Origin: the human T2T-CHM13v2.0 reference genome, Homo sapiens
Assembly: GCF_009914755.1 (NCBI RefSeq)
Contig: NC_060941.1
Reading direction: 5' to 3' (one strand)
Length of the DNA: 64,000 nucleotides
Shown here: positions 30,423 to 43,109 of the stretch, piece by piece
Layout: each line of letters starts with the position of its first letter
Position numbering within the stretch: position 1 is the stretch's first letter
Notes under the pieces: generated by a model
Seen by the model: the letters and a program-made list of their open reading frames with translations, nothing else
Told to the model about the DNA's origin: nothing
Databases searched by the model: none
Made by a program: the position numbers and the translations under genes

Positions 30423-30830
30423 GAAGAAGAGGAAGGAGAAGGAGAAGGAGAAGGAGAAGAAGAGGAAGAGGAAGAAGAAGAAGAAGAAGAAGGAGAAGGA
30501 GAAGGAGAAGGAGAAGGAGGAGAAGGAGAAGGAGAAGAAGGAGGAGGAGGAGGAGGAGGAGGAGGAGGAGGGGAGGAAGAGGAAGAGGAAGAGGAGGAGG
30601 AAATTAAACAGAGTGAGACTATCTCAATAGAATAAGAAGAGAAAGAAGAAGAAGAACAAATTAAGCAGAGTGAGACTGTCTCAATAGAACAAGAGGAAGA
30701 AGAAGAAGAGGAAGAAGAAGAAGAAGGAGGAGACAGAAGGAGGAGGAGGAGGAAACTAAAATTAAACAGAGCAAGACTATCTCAATAGAAGAGGAAGAAG
30801 AAGAAGAAGAAGCAGCTAAAATTAAAAAAA
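30403..30830 (+). repeat. Alu-end-derived 32-bp unit array with (GAA/GGA)n spacers
   Basis: aaattaa(a/g)cagag(tg/ca)agact(a/g)tctcaatagaa at 30601, 30658, 30759; pure-purine run 30422-30603. Confidence 0.92.
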
Positions 30831-30859
30831 AAATAAGATTTGGAATTACAGAGAACAAG

Positions 30860-31000
30860 CCTGAGTAGCTTGGGTAAGTTATTTACCTTCTATGTCTATG
30901 AATTTCTTTTCCTATCCATGGAATGGGGACAATGACATTAGTATCACCTCATAGGAGTGCTGTGGTATTAAGTGAAATAATGTACTAGATAAATGTATTA
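30860..31000 (+). mobile_element. MIR
   Basis: ttgggtaagttatttaccttct...atggggacaatg...cacctcatagg. Confidence 0.65.
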
Positions 31001-31454
31001 AATAATGTATTTAAATACTAATGTACTACATTAAATAACATAATAAATTATTCACAGAAGGCACCTTTATAAACACCAGCTGACATTAATGCAAAGCCAG
31101 GACTCAATCCATGACTCTGATCCCACGTTCCAAGTTCTTCCCGCTCAAAAGGTAGTCCACCTGACTAGCCCTCAGGCCAAAGATAGCAAAAGGATCAGTG
31201 GGATCTCTCTGAAGCTTAGCAGCAATGGCCTTATGGGTTTTTATTGTCCATGGTCAGCTCTGCCAAGAAGCACACACAAACATTTCTCATCAGCTCATGG
31301 ATATTTTCACTGGCCTTGTCTGCTCCATGAAACAACCTTTGGAGGTCAAATTGATGAAAGGTGTGGTCTTGCCTGTAAGACCAGGATCGAGTCTTTCCCT
31401 CTGAGACAAGTGGTTCTTCCCAGAGCTGTTACCAGGCATCTAGGTCCACTAGCA

Positions 31455-31660
31455 GAGAACCCTGGCCTAGAAGTCAGAAGGTTTGTGGCCCAGGCATCGG
31501 AGTCAAGAGATCTTAGACACTACTGGCAAGGCATATAGCCTAAGGTGTATACCTTAACCTCACTGGAGCTCAGTTTCCTCATCTGTAAAATGGGAATAAA
31601 AATGCCTGCCCCAGCTATCTCTTAGGGCTGATATGAATAATTAATGAAAGAGATATGCGA
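31455..31660 (+). mobile_element. MIR
   Basis: ctcagtttcctcatctgtaaaatgggaataa core. Confidence 0.75.
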
Positions 31661-32399
31661 AATTAAATTTTCTAATTTAGACTCTAGATTATTGGGGTCT
31701 TCTTCAATCCTTTCCACCCAGGCAGAGTCTTTGGTTCTACCAATATGTAAGTTTTAAAATGTGATCAAAGGAAAGCCAGAGCTATCACCTTGAGGTTCCT
31801 GAATCTGCCCTCCTCTCCTCTATCAAAGAGATTATAGCACACACAGGCGGGTAGGGAGGATCCTAAGCACCATAAATACATGTAGGCAATATCCATGTCT
31901 TTCAAATGTTTGTCCTTGGTGAGAGCTGCAGCTGTCTTTTAATATGGCTAAATGAAGTAGGGGAAAATCAGAAAAATGCAAATGAGATCCTTATTTTAGG
32001 CAAATCAATCTCAGCAATGCTCATATCTGATCAAGCTTATCTTTAGGACGATCATTAGGATAATGGATTAATGTGAAAGTTTATTTTTACCCTGTCTGCT
32101 CTCACTCCTTGAAGACCCTTCAGACCTCATCTTGATTCTGCCAGACACCCCAGGAGGACGGGAACTCCTTACCAGTCAGTTTAGTCCCCAGCATTCATGT
32201 TGGGGCGGACTCTGGCAATCATAGGGTTCAGCTCACCACAAGGTCACCCAGCACCACACTGCCCCCACCTTTCATCATGTGACCTGAGATAGCTGCAGCT
32301 ACCCTTGGACTCCAGGGGTTTTATTTAGGAAGTCCCAGAAAAAGATAAGAAAGATATGTGGGAATTTCTTTACAAGGAGGCCTTTGAGAGACCTGAAGT

Positions 32400-32820
32400 G
32401 TGATAAAGAGATTAAGAGAATAAGCCTTGAAGTCAGGCAGCCCTGGTTGAATTCTAGCTCTCTTACTTACTTGCTATGTGACCCTAACTTCCATTAGCCT
32501 TGGTTTCCTCATCTGCAGAATGGAGATCTTATTTCCATCTACTTAACTGGGGTGTTGTGAGATCTAAATGAGAATTGTGTCCATGCAGCACCTAGTGAAG
32601 TATCTGACATGGGGTAAAAATGAGAGCTACTGAGCACTTAATAAAGCACTGTCCCAAGTTCTTTCTATGTATTAATTTAATACCAGCAATAATCTTATAA
32701 TATGGGTGTTATAGCCCCCTTCTTTAAAAAAAAAAAAAAAAAAGGAGGAGGAAAAGGAAGGCCTGAGAAATTGAGTGACATAGCCAAGGGCCAAGATTTG
32801 AACCCATGGCTCTAGAGCCC
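32400..32820. mobile_element. two MIRs in opposite orientation (+ then -)
   Basis: ggtttcctcatctgcagaatgg (+), then gagctactgagcactt...ccaagatttgaaccc (-). Confidence 0.65.
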
Positions 32821-33389
32821 ACCGCATCACTCCTACCCTACAGCTCTTGCCAACTTGCTGGCAAAAATGGAGAAGGGTCTTTTGCTCGCACGGAAGCTGG
32901 ACTTGTAGTGAACCCCTCTAGAATTCCATGTAATTAGAAACAGAGGGCACCAGTTCAGGAAGAAAGAAGCAGGTAAAGGAGAAGGCACAGGGGCCCAGAG
33001 CTTTCACTAGGCAGGAAAGAGAGACAGGCAGCAGGATCCTGTCCACAAGCAGCCATCCCAGAGCCATTTTCTAGAAGGGACACCCCCTACGCAGAGCCCC
33101 TGACACTGCTGTCCTGAGCCTGAAGCCCGTCTAAGGCTTCTCTTCCCTGCATATTGAGAAGGGGGCTGGAGAAACATCCTGGGGCTCTGCAGAGATGAAA
33201 GTCACGGCACACCCTCAAAGCCTTTCTCATTTTAAGCATTAGATCACTTTGTATCAGAGCCACTTGGAGATGAGAAAGTGGGAGTCCGCCTTGGGGCAAT
33301 GGTATCTGAGTCTGAGTCCAAAAATGTTTGCCTATAGATGTAAAGAAAAGCCCAGATTATTAGAAACAACATAGCAATTAAGACAAAAG

Positions 33390-33612
33390 ATTAGGAAATT
33401 CAGGCCTGTTTCAAGTTCCAGCTCTAACACTTACTAGGTCCATAGCTTTGAGTGATCATCCTAATCTGGTGCCTCAGTTTTATCTTCTGTAAAATGGGGC
33501 TAATAATACCTACCTCATAGGATTTAGGGAATTAAATAAGAAATATATGTACAGAGCTGAGATAGGGTCTAGCATAGAGTAAGTGGTTAATGAGTAGTAA
33601 GTACTTATTATT
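33390..33612 (+). mobile_element. MIR
   Basis: gcctcagttttatcttctgtaaaatggggctaataatacctacctcatagg. Confidence 0.8.
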
Positions 33613-34009
33613 ATATGTGGTGGTTTTAAATTCCTAAAAGACAAAAAAAACATACATTCAGTTGACCATGTGTATGTGGAATGGGCAATGTGCGCATACT
33701 TACATATAAACATGCATTTATACGTATTTCCCCAGGCACATCCCTGAAAAACCAGTATATACTCAGACATTCCCTTGAATCAAAATCGAGTCTATTCCAC
33801 TTCCTCCTCAGTCCAGTGAGGTGTTCAAGACATCAATTATTATCCCCATTTTAGACATCAGGACCCCAAGGGACTTAGCAGCATCTAAGTAGCCTGCTCA
33901 AAGATTCAAGGCTAATCCAATGTCCTCCGTACTCTTTTCTTAGCCTTCCTGACAATTTGTGTTCACTGCCCCCTCTAATTCTCTGTCCAAGCTAAAAGAC
34001 CGTGAATTC

Positions 34010-34047
34010 CACACACACACCTCCCCCCCGCACCCCCCCCCCCCCCC
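34010..34047. repeat. (CA)n followed by C7 and C15 runs
   Basis: cacacacacacctcccccccgcaccccccccccccccc. Confidence 0.9.
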
Positions 34048-35272
34048 GGCTGCCGGCAAATGCAGCCTGATTATCGGAAGGAGATGCCTGAGAAGAGTGA
34101 AAGGAAAAAAGAAAGAAGATAGAGGGAGATGGGGTAAAGGGACATGTGGCCTCGTTCTTCACTGTCCCAAATTCCCTTTTCAAGGGCATAAGCCTGCACC
34201 CACCTCTTCCAACCGCCCCCTCCATCCTTGTCTCTGCCCCTGTGTCCCTGTCTTGTCCTCCCAAGGGCTACAGCAATATTTCAAATGTTCCTCCCACAGC
34301 TGGGTGCCTGCGCTGGTTTCTGGGCTCCTGGCATCCTGAAGCCCCACCCTGATGCTGGCTCCACACGTGCCTGTGCACATTCAGGGCTGTGAAGGGTCAG
34401 TGGGCCACGTGAAATTCCAGGAAGGAACAAGGCTTCAGGGGTGCTGTCCTTGGCTGGTTCCTACAGCACTTCCTTCCTTGTACCCCGCAGAGCCTTTGGC
34501 ATGTAGAGTCACGTGTTCATCTAAGTACCACTGATGGTTTTGATTTTCTACCTGAAGAGTGCACAGAAGCTGGCCTTGGACAATAAAAGCAAAGGCAAAG
34601 GTGCCCGGAAGGAAGGATCAGTGTGAGGAGGGTATGGAATGGTGCATGCAAAGTACCAGCACAGCGCCTGGCACAGTGTAGACTCCTCACACAGAGGGCT
34701 CTCCTCCCTGCCCCCAAGGAGATCTCAGAGGCCCCCCTCCTGCCAAAGCGGCATTTCAACTCCTCGCATACACTTGGGCTTCAGTCCATTACACAAGGAA
34801 ATTTGGCTTCATTTATATAAAGGGGCTAATTACCACATGAGACATAATTACAAGACAGGAAATGGATTTATAGATGCCGTCAGTGGGAGGGGAAGTTGCA
34901 GCGGCTGCTTGGACTGCTCCGTGCTCCTAAGGGGCTAAAGCTGTCCCCAGCGGACAGGATTCTTGCCCTGGGAGTTCTTGCTTTGCTGAGAAATGTGCTC
35001 TTAGAGAGGTCGGCAGTACTACAGATTTCTGGAAATCAAATCTAGTTCTGTCTCTGAATTTGTTCCACAATTGGCAATGTATTCCCACAGGTTCTCTTCA
35101 CACAATAAAAATCATACTTAAGAATGTAGTTAGTCTTAAACATTAAAAGAGAAAGATAAGTCTTATGATAGATTCCAAAACTAGCCCAAAGGAGAAATGC
35201 TGGGTAGAAACTGTACAGCACTAGTATCTGCTCTTCTTTGAGGTTAGATGAACCCTGAGAAAGAGCTATATT

Positions 35273-35381
35273 TGCCAGACACGGTGGTGTGCACCTGTAG
35301 TCTCAGCTACTTAGGGGGCTGATCGCTTGAGCTGAGGCATTCAAGGCCAGCCTGGGCAGCACCCTTTCTAAAAGGGGGGAA
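35273..35381 (+). mobile_element. FLAM/FAM monomer
   Basis: Alu-like monomer with perfect 12-bp TSD aaagagctatat (35260, 35382). Confidence 0.8.
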
Positions 35382-35539
35382 AAAGAGCTATATGCCTGCT
35401 AATTGACCTAATAAATAGTCCCTTATGATTTCATTTTTCACCTTAAAACCATATATCTTAATTTAGACACACATACACACACAGAAACAGACAATAGGCA
35501 GAAGTGAAAAGGCCCTTCCTCATTGATAACCAAAGATAA

Positions 35540-35770
35540 GCAAATTAGTACTAGCTAATATGTGGGGAGCACACTCTGTGCCAAGCACTGAGCTTTGCTG
35601 TCTTATTTGTTCATCTTCACAACAGTCCCATGAGGAGGGTGCAGTCATAATCCTCAATTGATAGCTAAGGAACTGAGACTTAGGAAGGTCAACCAAGGTG
35701 GCCAAGTCCATACTGTAAATGCCAGAACAAGCGTTTGCACACCACTTGTCTGAACACAGAGCCTGGATTC
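35540..35770 (-). mobile_element. MIR
   Basis: ctgtgccaagcactgagct...catcttcacaacagtccc...ggaactgagacttagg. Confidence 0.7.
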
Positions 35771-35869
35771 TGAAGAACAATGAGAACATTTCTCAAATTA
35801 ACAATAATATATTCTCAAGAATCTTAAAAATAAAAATTTTTCTATTTAAAAAAAATTTTTAAGAAAAGA

Positions 35870-36280
35870 ATCTTAAGACTATCACTCCCGGAGACCGAGC
35901 ATTTGACTCCTGATCACCTATCTTTATGAAATAATCTAAAAAAATGGAAAAAGTTTAATGCACAAAGATCTTCTGAGCAGAGTACCTTGATTATAATGGG
36001 GAGAAATTGGAAACTAAATGCTTAGCAATGAGGGAGTGGTTACATAAACTATGGTACATCCATAAATGGAGTATTATTCAATAATTAAACTGATGTCGCT
36101 AAAGAGTTTATAACAACGTGGGCAAAAGTTTATGTTACGTGGAATAAAAATAGCAGGATTCAAATATGTATGCGTTACGATCTCTACAAAAAAAAAATAC
36201 GCAAAGAAGGACATCTAGAAGGAAATGTACCAAAATGTCAGTTTGTCTTTTTTTAAGCATAATTATGACTGTAAGAAACC
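35870..36280 (+). mobile_element. L1ME-type fragment
   Basis: aaattggaaactaaatg...aaactatggtacatccataaatggagtattattca. Confidence 0.65.
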
Positions 36281-36661
36281 ATTTTCTGTCTTTTGTGACA
36301 GCTCTTTATTGTTTGCACTCTTAACAGTGTTCCCCAGGCCCTGCCCACGCCTGTGAGTACTTTATGGTGAGGTCTTGCTTATCTTTCCTCACAGATGTGC
36401 ATTTCAAAGAACCACTATCATCATAATTTAACATTCCTGTAAGTGTTCACACAATGGGCTTCCCTTAAGCAGAAGATATCTGTGCCAAAGTTGCGTCCTT
36501 TGTCCTGGCTGATGACATCAGGTACAGAGTAAGGGACCCTTTTAAGACCAAGGAAAGGAATGCCTAAGGGTCAGGGCTACAGGTACTATGAGTCTCCTCC
36601 ATAGCTGAATGGTCACTGGTTCATTTATTCATGCACACCACAAACTTGTGCTGCGTGCCTA

Positions 36662-37014
<353 letters not shown>

Positions 37015-37153
37015 CCTGTCAAAACTTTGCCATGTGGCTCTAAAAGCATCTCTGCTGATCACCTAGGAAAATCCGAAGACGCCAAGGCCAAAATAAGTAA
37101 CTGAGGCTCTGTGGCAAGTCATTGGCTGGAGAAAGAACTGGAAACCAAGTCAG

Positions 37154-37746
<593 letters not shown>

Positions 37747-37779
37747 TCACACCCCCACACCACAGGGAGTTCCACGCCA

Positions 37780-37960
37780 GGGCAGCGTGAGAATCAGACA
37801 GACCTGGGTTCTGCCCCCTACTCAGCCACTTTCTAGCTGGGTGGCCTTGGGCAAGTTTGCTGCCTCTTCTGAGATATAAGGTCCTCAGGAGAGGGGTTGT
37901 TGTGAGGAGGAAATGGGATAATGAAGGAAAAACCTGAAGCCACAGCATCACTTGAGGCAT
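37780..37960 (+). mobile_element. MIR
   Basis: agaatcagacagacctgggttct...tagctgggtggccttgggcaagtt. Confidence 0.7.
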
Positions 37961-39642
37961 GTTCAGCTTGCTCTTGGAATTTGGTTCCCTCATTCTCCCC
38001 AAGCCAGGTCAGAGGCCTCCAGGCCACTGTCTCCAAAGGCCCCTCTCAGACAAGAGCACTGACCCAAGGCCTCTCTCGAGCAGTCTGCTCACCTGAACGG
38101 CCCATGAGAGACAGTCTGCCATTTTAGCCTCTAACACCCACTGCTTTCTGAAGCAACAAGGCCTACCTTCTAAGACACCTGCATTAGTGGAGAGATATCT
38201 GCCATCCTGGCAAGGCAGCTGGGACCCCAGATTCAGACCGCCAAGAGTCTTGGGCCTTCAGTAGTCGGAGTCCTGTAATGAGACAGAAGCAAGAGCTCAA
38301 AGGCTCCCGCGATGCAGCCTTGGCCCAGAAGAGGATTTCCCTGTGGAAAACTGCTGGAGTGCCACCACAAGGCTGTGGGACAATAGAGAAGGGCCCGGGA
38401 GGAAGGAGTGGAGAGAAAGGGGGAGAAACAGAAGGTAAATCTCTGGAAGGACAGTTGGGGAGGAGATACGTGTATGGGCTTCGGGAACAGAGGAAAAAGG
38501 GTTTTGCTTGAGTGACCTTGGCCAAGTGTTTAAAATCTGTGTTTGTTTGGCTGCCAGAATGGAGGGAGTGACACTTTCTCTTGTGCAAAAGGTATGCTCT
38601 GGGCCCAAAGATTCAGAGGGGTGTTCCTAAGGAAGGCCAGGTGGCTCACCAGACAGGCATTTCCTTTCATCAACTCACCACAGTCCAGAATCTGTGCATG
38701 GCCTGAGAAGCTCCCAGACCTGATTTATTGGCATATGGATGGTTCACGTCTCAGGAGTTAGAGTGTCCAAGAGCACAAGAACTGGAGCATAAATCCCAGA
38801 AGGCCAGGGAGCAGACTTGATGGGTACAATGGCTCAGGGAGTATCTCCCACCCAGAGGCTTGGCATCCCAGGGACCTATGGAAGTGTCTTGCTTGTGAAG
38901 CTTGGAATAAGAGTCTATGACTTGCTTTATTGATCTTAATCAGGGTCCCCTGTCTAAGTGGCTTGTGGGCCTCTCACCATCCTTCCACAGCATTGCCACA
39001 GAAAGGTAGGTCTCTATTTGGTTAGCCTCCCTGTGTTCTCTTCAGTGTTTGGGCATCACCAAGTTCTTTGGGTTTCCTTTTCCATCCTACCAGGCCAACC
39101 ACTTGCCTTCTGTTCTCCCTGCCTTTCCCAAAAGAATGGAAAGCAAATTGCTTGGTTTCCACTTTGTAATTACACTCCTTTTGGGAATGTCTCCCTGGTC
39201 ACCTTGAATGGCACTGGAGGTAGCGGGGAGGGAGTCTCAAACTCTTAAGTCACATCTTCACAGACTGATTTTTATTTCACTGTAAGTGGCTGTTCTCACC
39301 CATTGTGTAAAATCTAAAGAGTCTGGTTCTCAAATGGAAACTTTATTTTCCATACCTTCATGCTCTGGGTAGGGGAGCCCTCATTATCATGTATGGATAA
39401 CATTTTCTTCACAGGGTGGAGGTGAGGATTAAATGAGATAGTGGCATGGGTGTGCATTTGTATTTGAGTTCTTAGGCCAATGTCTCACAAATCACTCAAT
39501 AAATCACCATCCTACAACTCCTACCCACCACATGACCAATATGTGAGAAGGGAAGAACAAACACAAGAGCCTCAGCATCTTAGTCTTTGCCAGAAATAAA
39601 GCTGGGCTATGGAATAGGAAGGAAGAGGAAGCTGAGGAACAG

Positions 39643-40038
39643 ACATACAGTTTTGATATTTGTCCCCGCCCAAATCCTCATGTTGAACTCTGATCCCCAA
39701 TGCTGGAGGTGGGGCCTGGTGGGAGGTGTTTGGATTATGGGAGTGGATCTCTCATGGCTTGGTGCTGCCTTTGCGATAGTGAGAGTGAATTCTTGTGAGA
39801 GCTGGGCATTTAAAAGTGTGTGGCACCACCCTTGCCACTCTCCCTCTCTTGCTCCTGCTCCCCCTTTGGCTTCCACCGTGATTGTAAGCTCCCTGAGACC
39901 TTCCCAGAAGCCAAGGAGATCCCAGCACCATGCTTCCCATGAAGCCTGCAGAACTGTGAGCCAATGAAACCTCTTTTCTTTAAAAATTACCCAGTCTCAG
40001 GTATTTCTTTATAGCAATGCAAAAAACGGCCTAACACA
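39643..40038 (+). mobile_element. MSTA/MSTB solo LTR
   Basis: ccaaatcctcatgttgaa...ggggcctggtgggaggtg...aattacccagtctcaggtatttctttatagca; 5-bp TSD AACAG. Confidence 0.9.
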
Positions 40039-40799
40039 AACAGTTAGTGAAAGAGGGGAGCTACAGCTCAAATTTTCTCTATTCAACACAAGATCTTTAT
40101 TGCATCTCTCCCCCTGGGCTAGACACTGTATTACAGCACCCGTCCTTAAGAAACATAATGAGGTCTAGACACATCAAAAATCCAACTATGTAATCTAAGT
40201 GTCAAGGTCTGTGGATATAAAATGGGGTCCCATTTACTTTTATTGTCCACATGACAATGACTTGGGCTCCCACCTCATCCAACCTTCCTTACAAAAGGCA
40301 TTTCCCAGTTATTTGGAGCAGTCCCCAAGGGCATATCTTATATGCTCTTAAAACAACCCACTTATTTACAATCACCACACAACATCCATCATATTCTCCC
40401 TCTCCTATTTCAGGTGCCCTGTCCCATGTCACAGCCCTGGTAGCATCGGAGGGAGATTCTTAGATGCCCCTTCTGAAATCACCAGTGATCTTCGGAGGGT
40501 ACCATCTCCTGATGCTCTCAATATCACCACTATCTAGAGCCCCAGATCTATGTCGGTGTCACATTTTGTCTCCTGGGCCCCAAAGCAGCACTGTTTGAGC
40601 TCGGAGTCCATAAATTATCTCACCAAGAAGACTTCAGACCTCCCATTCTTCCCCTCTATGCCTCACTCCCTGCAAGCAACTTCCCATGCCCTAACCCAGT
40701 GAGGGCGTATGTGGAAATAGCCAGCCAGCTAACCTATGCAGCTGTTGATCAACCATGCCTACCAACCAGAACAGTAAAATGGTTTTGCACCTACCTGGC

Positions 40800-40982
40800 T
40801 TTGAAGACAAGCAGTCCTGGGTGCCAGAGTCAGCAGCGCTCCTGTTTATTAACTATTTGACTTAGGTATACCATATCTTATACTCTGAGCTGGTTTCTTC
40901 ATCTGTAAAATTGAGATAATCATGGTAGCGGCTTCAGAGAGCAATTGTAATAATTACTTGACGTAAATCATGTAAAGCACTA
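40800..40982 (+). mobile_element. MIR
   Basis: tttcttcatctgtaaaattgagataat...atcatgtaaagcac. Confidence 0.65.
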
Positions 40983-41367
40983 CTTCCCAAACTATTTCCC
41001 ATAATATATGCCAGTGGAGGGCTCCTGTTAAATCTATGGGTTCCAGGACTTTACACCAAGCCTAGTGAATCAGATCTTCAGGGAGGGGCTCAGAATCTGT
41101 ATGCTGAATGAGTGTTCCAAGTGGTTCTTTTGACCTTATGGGAAATGCTCAGTAAATAGTAGCTTTGCAAAGTCACAATTTACATTACCAATATCTATAG
41201 TCAGTTTAACAATGATGTCACAATTTCCATCAAGAACAATGAGTACAATGTTTTACTTCTGGATAACAAAAGGGCCATTCTGAGATTTTTTTTCTTAAAG
41301 CAGCAGTCTCCTCCAAAGGTAAATTAAGGTCTGTAAATTTAGATTCAGAAAATGATCTGTAAATTTT

Positions 41368-41665
41368 ATTTTATCTTATTTTATTATTGTTTTATTTTTT
41401 GAGACAGGGTCTCACTCTGTCACCCAGGCTCAACCTTCTCATTGCAGCCTCAACCTTCCAGGCTCCAGTGATCCTCCCTCCTCAGCCTCCTGAGTAGCTG
41501 GGACTACAGGCATGTGCCACCATGCCCGGCTAAGTTTTGTATCTTTAGTAGAGACGGGGTTTTGCCATGTTGTTCAGGCTGGTCTCGAACTCCTGGGTTC
41601 AAGCAATCCTCCTGCCTTGGCCTCCCAAAGTGCAGGGATTACAGGCATGAGCAACCACACGGGCC
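41368..41665 (-). mobile_element. AluJ
   Basis: antisense Alu; taaatttta on both flanks. Confidence 0.9.
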
Positions 41666-42052
41666 CATAAATTTTAAATGAGCACTTATCCTGCTTTTAC
41701 CTACTAATGTTTCAAAAACTTTAGGGACTGATCATATACAGGTAGCCCTATTATATCATATTCTCTGTAGGGTCCTGCATACAATAATCATCTTCAGAAT
41801 TATGTTAGATTCACATACACAATGTCAACACATGTACAATTTTTGAAATACACCAGACTCAGAAACATAACCCTTGCAAACCTTGGGAAGTGTTCATATA
41901 TGTTTTTATTACTCAATTTTTTCATCCTCTTAAATCTTCCACCCAACTGTGATCAATCAAGGCTATCCTTTATAATCATGGACTTTTCTGTGATCTTTTC
42001 TACAAAAACTTTCATCTCATTTCTGAAGCATCACTTCTCTTCTAATATTGTC

Positions 42053-42335
42053 TTGTTTTCCAACTCATTACACTGATACCTTCTCCTCAGTGTGAAATTA
42101 CTGACATCGATGAGGTGTGAATTCACCCTCCTGGGTTCTGCTCCTGTACGAGTTCTCTGGAGAACCATGAGTCATGGCTTCCAGATGAGACCCTTTGCCC
42201 ATTTTTGTCCATTGACTTATTGGAGTAAGCTGTCGATAAGAGTTTCTCTATGTCAAATGAGGGTTGAGCTATATTTGAAGGTTTACCCATGTTTTGTAGA
42301 CTACAAGCCTTTTTCATACGAATCTTCTGATGTTC
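42053..42335 (-). pseudogene. highly decayed C2H2 (Kruppel-type) zinc-finger array fragment, ~4 fingers
   Basis: frame-hopping minus-strand translation: HQKIR..; G*TFKYSSTLI*HRETL; WAKGLIWKP*LMVLQRTRTGAEP; SHLI..Q*FHTEEK.YQCNE. F-x5-L-x2-H-x3-H spacing and HTGEKP-like linkers, with stops and frameshifts. Confidence 0.7.
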
Positions 42336-42519
42336 CAATTCCCTTTTGAGGTGGTCTCTGGTATCTCCACTGGCCTTTTATTTATGCATTTGCTTTTGAG
42401 AGGGGTTCACCAAATTGCCCTCCACAGACCTACTGGGGGGGCCCTGCTGGCCCCTTCCACCCACCCAGATCACAGCAGAAACATTGAAGGCAAAACTTCC
42501 AACTTGGATCCCTTCCAGG

Positions 42520-42720
42520 AATAATAGTAATATCAACTATTCTGCATTCTGCTCAAAGCTCTATCTAAATCATCCCATTTAATCTTTAAAATGGCCCTTC
42601 AAAGTGGATATTATTACAATACTCACTTTAAATGTTTGGTTCAAAGAACTTAAACAACTTGTTCAAGGTCATTGAGCCAGTAAGTAGCAGAGCCTGATCC
42701 TTTGGACACTAACTATAGCT
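42520..42720 (-). mobile_element. MIR
   Basis: atcccatttaatc...caacttgttcaaggtc...agtaagtagcagagc. Confidence 0.6.
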
Positions 42721-43109
42721 TCCAGTCTCCGTACTGTTGCCCCAATTCCCTCTCACTTTTCATCTTCTTCCTAGTGACTTAATGGGAGCCCCAATCTTGC
42801 CAAGGGGAAGTCCATAGTCTTTAACACTTTCAGCCCAGCTTGGCACCGAGACCTTGCCCAGCCCAGCTGGACTTGCATGACAGAGAGGCTTTATTCTCCA
42901 GTCCTGTGTTCCTCCACAGCCATTCTCTGAAGGATGAGGTCATTCTTCATAGAATTACTTTCTGCTCCTCCAGCCATACTCCCCTAACTGCAGCGCCCCT
43001 CAACACACTGTAGTCTCCCAGTTCCAATTATCATCACCAGGCTGAGTGGGCCCTTGGAGACACCTCCAGGAAGGAGAGGACTAAGTTAAAGTCCAGGCAG
43101 CAAAGATAC

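Noticed and set aside
30342-30635. Glu/Gly-rich ORF resembling RPGR ORF15
   Set aside because: Begins inside an Alu and is just the translation of a purine microsatellite
30601-30830. CRISPR array (32-bp repeats with spacers and internal hairpin)
   Set aside because: Primate DNA, the repeat contains the Alu 3' end, spacers are low-complexity GAA/GGA of unequal length, and there are no cas genes
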